Shown here in pieces: positions 21,271 to 24,949 of a DNA stretch of 24,949 bases. Location: assembly GCA_051530055.1 (NCBI GenBank), contig JBMGUZ010000038.1, forward strand, positions 1 to 24,949, read 5' to 3'. Within the stretch, counting starts at the first letter, position 1. Each line of letters opens with the position of its first letter. The DNA is from Neoechinorhynchus agilis (lineage: Eukaryota > Animalia > Acanthocephala). The notes beneath the pieces are model-generated. The model saw only the letters and a program-made list of their open reading frames with translations. It was not told where the DNA came from and did not search any database. Both the position numbers and the translations under genes were made by a program.

Positions 21271-22674
21271 ATTACATCGAAAAACAACCCGAAACCCACC
21301 GCCAATCAGAAAATATTCTTGGAATCAAAATTCATCAATGAAGCAACTCTGAACATATTACAACATCTTATAAGGAGATGCAAGACCCATTCGGTGTCAA
21401 TATATTCTAAAGCAGCAACGAAGTTGGCGGGTATATTCAAAAAGAAACCAAAACAAGAGGATAAAAAGGATATGTTGGGATTCGGAACGGGAGTGATGGG
21501 AATGAAGCTCGAAACCGAACTCGTTAATGTGGTCGATGAAATCATTAATGGACCTCTCCCACTTGAAGCAACGAATTTTCTATTCTCGGCATCTCTTTGT
21601 GCCCTTTCCAAATCAAACGGAGATATTCGGCCGATAGCTGTGGGCTGCACTCTAAGACGTTTGGCAGGGAAGATTTTGTGTAAGCGACTGAGCGAAGGTG
21701 TAGGTGGGCAACTCAGACCTTTTCAGTTGGGCTGCTGTACTCCATGTGGAGCAGAAGCGATAGTGCACTCCACACGTACCTATATCGACGCCTCTGCCAC
21801 CCCAACGGTCGTCCTAAAAGTCGATTTTTCGAACGCCTTTAATACAGTCGATCGGACAGCCTTGCTAAGTATTATTGCTCGAGAATTATCTGAAGCCTAT
21901 GAATACTTTGTGAAGGCGTATGGTTCTAAGACACCTCTACATTTCAACGAGCACGCCATTTGGTCCGAAACAGGTCTGCAACAAGGCGATCCTCTCGGCC
22001 CCATAGGATTTTCCTTAACAACCAATGGAATATATCGTAAGCTCAAGGCAAGTTTGAACGTCTGGTACTTGGATGACGCGACATTGGGCGGTGACCCAAA
22101 GACGGTTCTAGAAGACCTGCAATCCCCGCTTGTTTCTGCTGCGGAATTGGGCTCACGTGTCAACCCCGCGAAGTGTGAAGTATTGCCACTAAATATTTCA
22201 CATTCTCGCATGGCGGATACAATGCAGTCCTTCGAATCCTTTGCCCCAGGAATCCGATTAATCAACCGGCAAAGCTTCACTCTTCTCGGCAGTTGCGTCC
22301 TGGATGCGAACATATATCGCGAGATAGAAGAAGAGCTTCCTAAACTGGATGTTTTGTGCTCCCGCGTTCAAGAATTGAATGCACACAAAGCTCTCTTCTT
22401 GGTGAGAAACTGCCTATACATACCGAAGCTTATGTTCAAGATGAGAGCAGCCCCGTACTTCCGACACACCAAACGTCTCCTTGACTTAGATGGTTTGATG
22501 AAAAAGCATCTTGAAAAGGTAACGAACTGCGCCATCACTGATGAAGCTTGGCAACAAGCTGCCCTTCCGATCAAATACGGAGGTTTAGGCTTACGAAGTG
22601 TGGCTGGTTTGGCCCTTCCGGCATTCGTATCCTCGATGCACAAGACGGAGGAATTACAGGGGAAATTCTCTTAA
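21226..22674 (+). CDS. Chimeric 482 aa ORF: PLE linker (about residues 17-80) fused in frame to a CRE-clade reverse transcriptase
   Basis: The N-part KAATKLAGIFKKKPKQEDK mirrors PLE A2. From KDMLG onward come IRPIAVGCTLRRLAGK, QLGC, GAEAIVH, VLKVDFSNAFNTVDR, GLQQGDPLGP, WYLDD and LPIKYGGLGLR. Expression is not shown. Confidence 0.7.
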   Translation: MKTRMSIQREENDTNITSKNNPKPTANQKIFLESKFINEATLNILQHLIRRCKTHSVSIYSKAATKLAGIFKKKPKQEDKKDMLGFGTGVMGMKLETELVNVVDEIINGPLPLEATNFLFSASLCALSKSNGDIRPIAVGCTLRRLAGKILCKRLSEGVGGQLRPFQLGCCTPCGAEAIVHSTRTYIDASATPTVVLKVDFSNAFNTVDRTALLSIIARELSEAYEYFVKAYGSKTPLHFNEHAIWSETGLQQGDPLGPIGFSLTTNGIYRKLKASLNVWYLDDATLGGDPKTVLEDLQSPLVSAAELGSRVNPAKCEVLPLNISHSRMADTMQSFESFAPGIRLINRQSFTLLGSCVLDANIYREIEEELPKLDVLCSRVQELNAHKALFLVRNCLYIPKLMFKMRAAPYFRHTKRLLDLDGLMKKHLEKVTNCAITDEAWQQAALPIKYGGLGLRSVAGLALPAFVSSMHKTEELQGKFS

Positions 22675-23535
22675 ACAGAATGTCAAAGCCATTCAAACTA
22701 TTGAAACAGGGAGTCACATCATGGCTCTCGCAGACCGGTCTGCAACAAGCTCCAACCAACGCGCACGAACAATCTGCTTGGGATAAACCCTTAATCCTGA
22801 CGGCTCACAACAAACTAAAAGGCAAGATGGACGAGATGTCTCAAGCTAGACTTGTGGCCAGTTCCTCGAAGGAGTGAGGCGCATGGTTGAACGTTTTGCC
22901 AATCGGTACTCTGGGAACTTTGCTGGACGACTAGACAGTTCGAATAGCCGTCGCTCTACGCTTAGGACTTCCAACCTGTGCCCCACGCCAGTGCCGATGC
23001 GGAATAAAAGTTGACGTGCTCGGGAGACATGGACTCTACTGCAAGAGATCGAGCGGTCGTTTCCCAAGGCACGCAGAGCTCTGAACTCGATCCACGTTCC
23101 AACCATCCTGGAGCCCAATCACCTTCGGTATGACCGTTTTCCCTTGGAAAGAAGGGAAGAGTCTAATTTGGGACGCAACATGCGTGGACTCACTCGCCCT
23201 GTCCAACCGGCAAGATGCTTTAGCGGAGACGGGAGGAGCAGCGAGTGCCGCCGAAAGGAGGAAAGCGGAGAAATACAATGAGCTCAAACAAAATTACATT
23301 TTCCTTCCTTTCGGCGATGAAACACAAGGGGCGCTGAGATCTTCGGCACGAAGCTTTTGTGCCGAACTCGGACGACGACTTGCAGCACAAACAGGGGAGC
23401 GACGCGAGAGGATTTTCCTGATCCAAAGAATAAGCCTCGCAATCCAACGAGGAAATGCGGTTAGCGTCCGGGGGACGATCTCAGCTGTAAAGTAACTAAT
23501 TAACTTTCTTATAAAATAAAAATTAAACGAGAAAA
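21468..23535 (+). mobile_element. 5'-truncated CRE-clade non-LTR retrotransposon, family 1 (RT, CCHC, restriction-like endonuclease), right arm only
   Basis: RT as above, then [89 protein letters not shown] and QRISLAIQRGNA, with an A-rich 3' end. Lesions: frameshift near 22660, stops near 22875 and 22932, and the RPD motif is deleted near 23120. Confidence 0.88.
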
Positions 23536-23990
23536 TTATAATCTATAAGGCACCATGCAGACAATGCGGAAAATATTATGTTCGACAAACAAGTCAAGGA
23601 CTAAAAAAGCGTATTGGCCAGCATAAATATTGTGTGCGCAGAGCAGATACGTCGTCCGCCATCAGTAATCATGTTGTAAAAACGAATCATGAAATCGGAT
23701 TTGAGGATGTTCATCAGATCATGATCGAGAGTGACTGGAAAAGGAGGGCAATCAAAAAAGCGGTAATGATAAACAACAACTGTATGGAGGGGAATACCCC
23801 AAGCTGGAAGCTGAAGATTCCATACAAACTAAGACCTGCCCAGGGGGTGACAGATCACCCGCGGGCCTAACAACCCCGGGCACCTGAGTTCTGCCCAAGC
23901 CACACTCACCACGTACTATTCTAGATACCTGAAGAGGTCTGCATACAGACGAAAATTCGTACAAATAAATCAGTCATCGGGGAGGTTAAT
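23536..23990 (+). mobile_element. PLE A2 GIY-YIG domain and 3' tail, right-arm copy (separated from its linker at 21275-21467 by the CRE)
   Basis: IIYKAPCRQCGKYYVRQTSQGLKKRIGQHKYCVRRADTSSAISNH..., mirror of 11585-12038. Confidence 0.85.
23929..23962 (+). ncRNA. PLE-type hammerhead ribozyme motif (right-arm copy)
   Basis: CTGAAGA-G-GTCTG-cata-CAGAC-GAAA-ATTCGTA, with a perfect 5 bp stem II, downstream of the GIY-YIG stop. Confidence 0.6.
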
Positions 23991-24616
23991 AAGGTTGCAA
24001 CTATGAATAAACAATTTTACAAGGAGAAATTTGTATTGATGAAAAATAACGTGACTGCATGATAAAAATACTATTGAAAATCAATGTTTTTACTTTTTAG
24101 ATTGAAATGATAAAAAATGTACAATTTTTAGTGAAGAAGATTTAAAGTATGGAGCGATGTCATAATGGTGGTATATTTAGATCGATTCAATGATTTTTCA
24201 CGCGTATAATGCGAATCGTAAAATCCGACGTCTAAAACCTACAAAAGGCATTTGGTTTAAAAAATGCAGATAAGCGTCTGCAATCCATTAAAAAAAGCCT
24301 GGATCATATTAGTCCTGGAAACTAAAAGTACAGAACGTAGCTTTATAACATTGCGAAGAATTGTACCAAATCTTTCACAAAACGCGACATTCTCATAAGA
24401 ATAAATGATCGAAATAATTTGATTTATTGCCTTTAGCTTGACGTTATCTCACGAAATTCTTCGTTTTAAGAATCCTTCAACGGATGATTTGGATGTACAA
24501 CAACTACGGCATACCGAGAAATCCTTCTATGACCCAACGACGGAATGGGGTGTACCACATTAACGGCATCCCGACAAATCCTTCGTTTCAAAGAATCCCC
24601 CCACCCCAACGAAGGA

Positions 24617-24744
24617 TTGGGATGCCCAAGAATACGGCATCCTGAGAAATCCGTAGTTATATTTGTCGCTCCTTTGAAACTTGGGATGCCCAAGAATACG
24701 GCATCCTGAGAAATCCGTAGTTATATTTGTCGCTCCTTTGAAAC
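24617..24744 (+). repeat. Perfect 64 bp tandem duplication, right arm only
   Basis: 24617-24680 and 24681-24744 are identical. The left arm has a single copy. Confidence 0.95.
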
Positions 24745-24949
24745 TTTCAAAGCTTAGCTTGGCTTTAGGTTTTCGAATCCCTAGGATTTTTACATAATTA
24801 TTGCATGTTAACAAAAATTTTTAATAAATCGTCAAACCTTTAAATTGTAGAAAAGTTGAAAGGTTCAGCATTTTTATAATTAAGCAGGACAACTTTACAA
24901 ACTTTTAGCTTAAATGTTCTTCGAAAGTGAGTTTGCATTCTGAATTATT

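Larger units (their letters stand above)
18315..24949 (-). repeat. Right arm of the large inverted duplication (extends to or beyond the window end)
   Basis: Reverse complement of 9770-14697, plus arm-specific segments 19585-20035, 21468-23535 and a 64 bp tandem duplication. It lacks left-arm 9931-10877. Confidence 0.95.

Noticed and set aside
4460-23090. In-frame stops in the PLE and CRE copies as recoding (selenocysteine or readthrough)
   Set aside because: The PLE stop is TAG. The CRE TGA codons occur with frameshifts and deletions, and no SECIS was recognised. Ordinary decay explains them.
20803-23447. Many short track ORFs antisense to or overlapping the retroelements (e.g. 21306, 21897, 22368, 22846, 23036, 23220)
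   Set aside because: Shadow ORFs of TE coding sequence with no independent motifs.
9770-24949. Interpretation of the arms as TIRs of a Maverick or other DNA transposon, or as a telomeric Terminon-like element
   Set aside because: No PolB, integrase or capsid genes in the spacer, the arms contain nested retroelements, outer ends are not visible, and no tandem telomeric repeats were seen.

Overview
AT-rich eukaryotic (probably invertebrate animal) repeat-dense DNA with no intact host gene and no prokaryotic features. It is a patchwork of decayed transposable elements: Penelope-like elements (PLEs) with hammerhead-ribozyme-like tails, two CRE-clade non-LTR families, an R2/NeSL-like non-LTR element, a Ty3/gypsy gag-protease remnant, a LINE ORF1/APE remnant and a GC-rich Tc1 transposase tail. 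The dominant structure is a large imperfect inverted duplication. The left arm is 9770-14697 and the right arm is 18315-24949, running off the window end, around a 3.6 kb spacer. The arms differ by a 2.07 kb CRE insertion (filled site on the right, empty site on the left) that creates an in-frame PLE-linker/CRE-RT fusion ORF of 482 aa. They also differ by other arm-specific segments and show uneven divergence along their length. The spacer holds a ~141 bp satellite fused to a GAR1 (H/ACA RNP subunit) pseudogene, which is not in the ORF track. Family assignments come from motif recognition by eye, with no database search. Identities are visual estimates.
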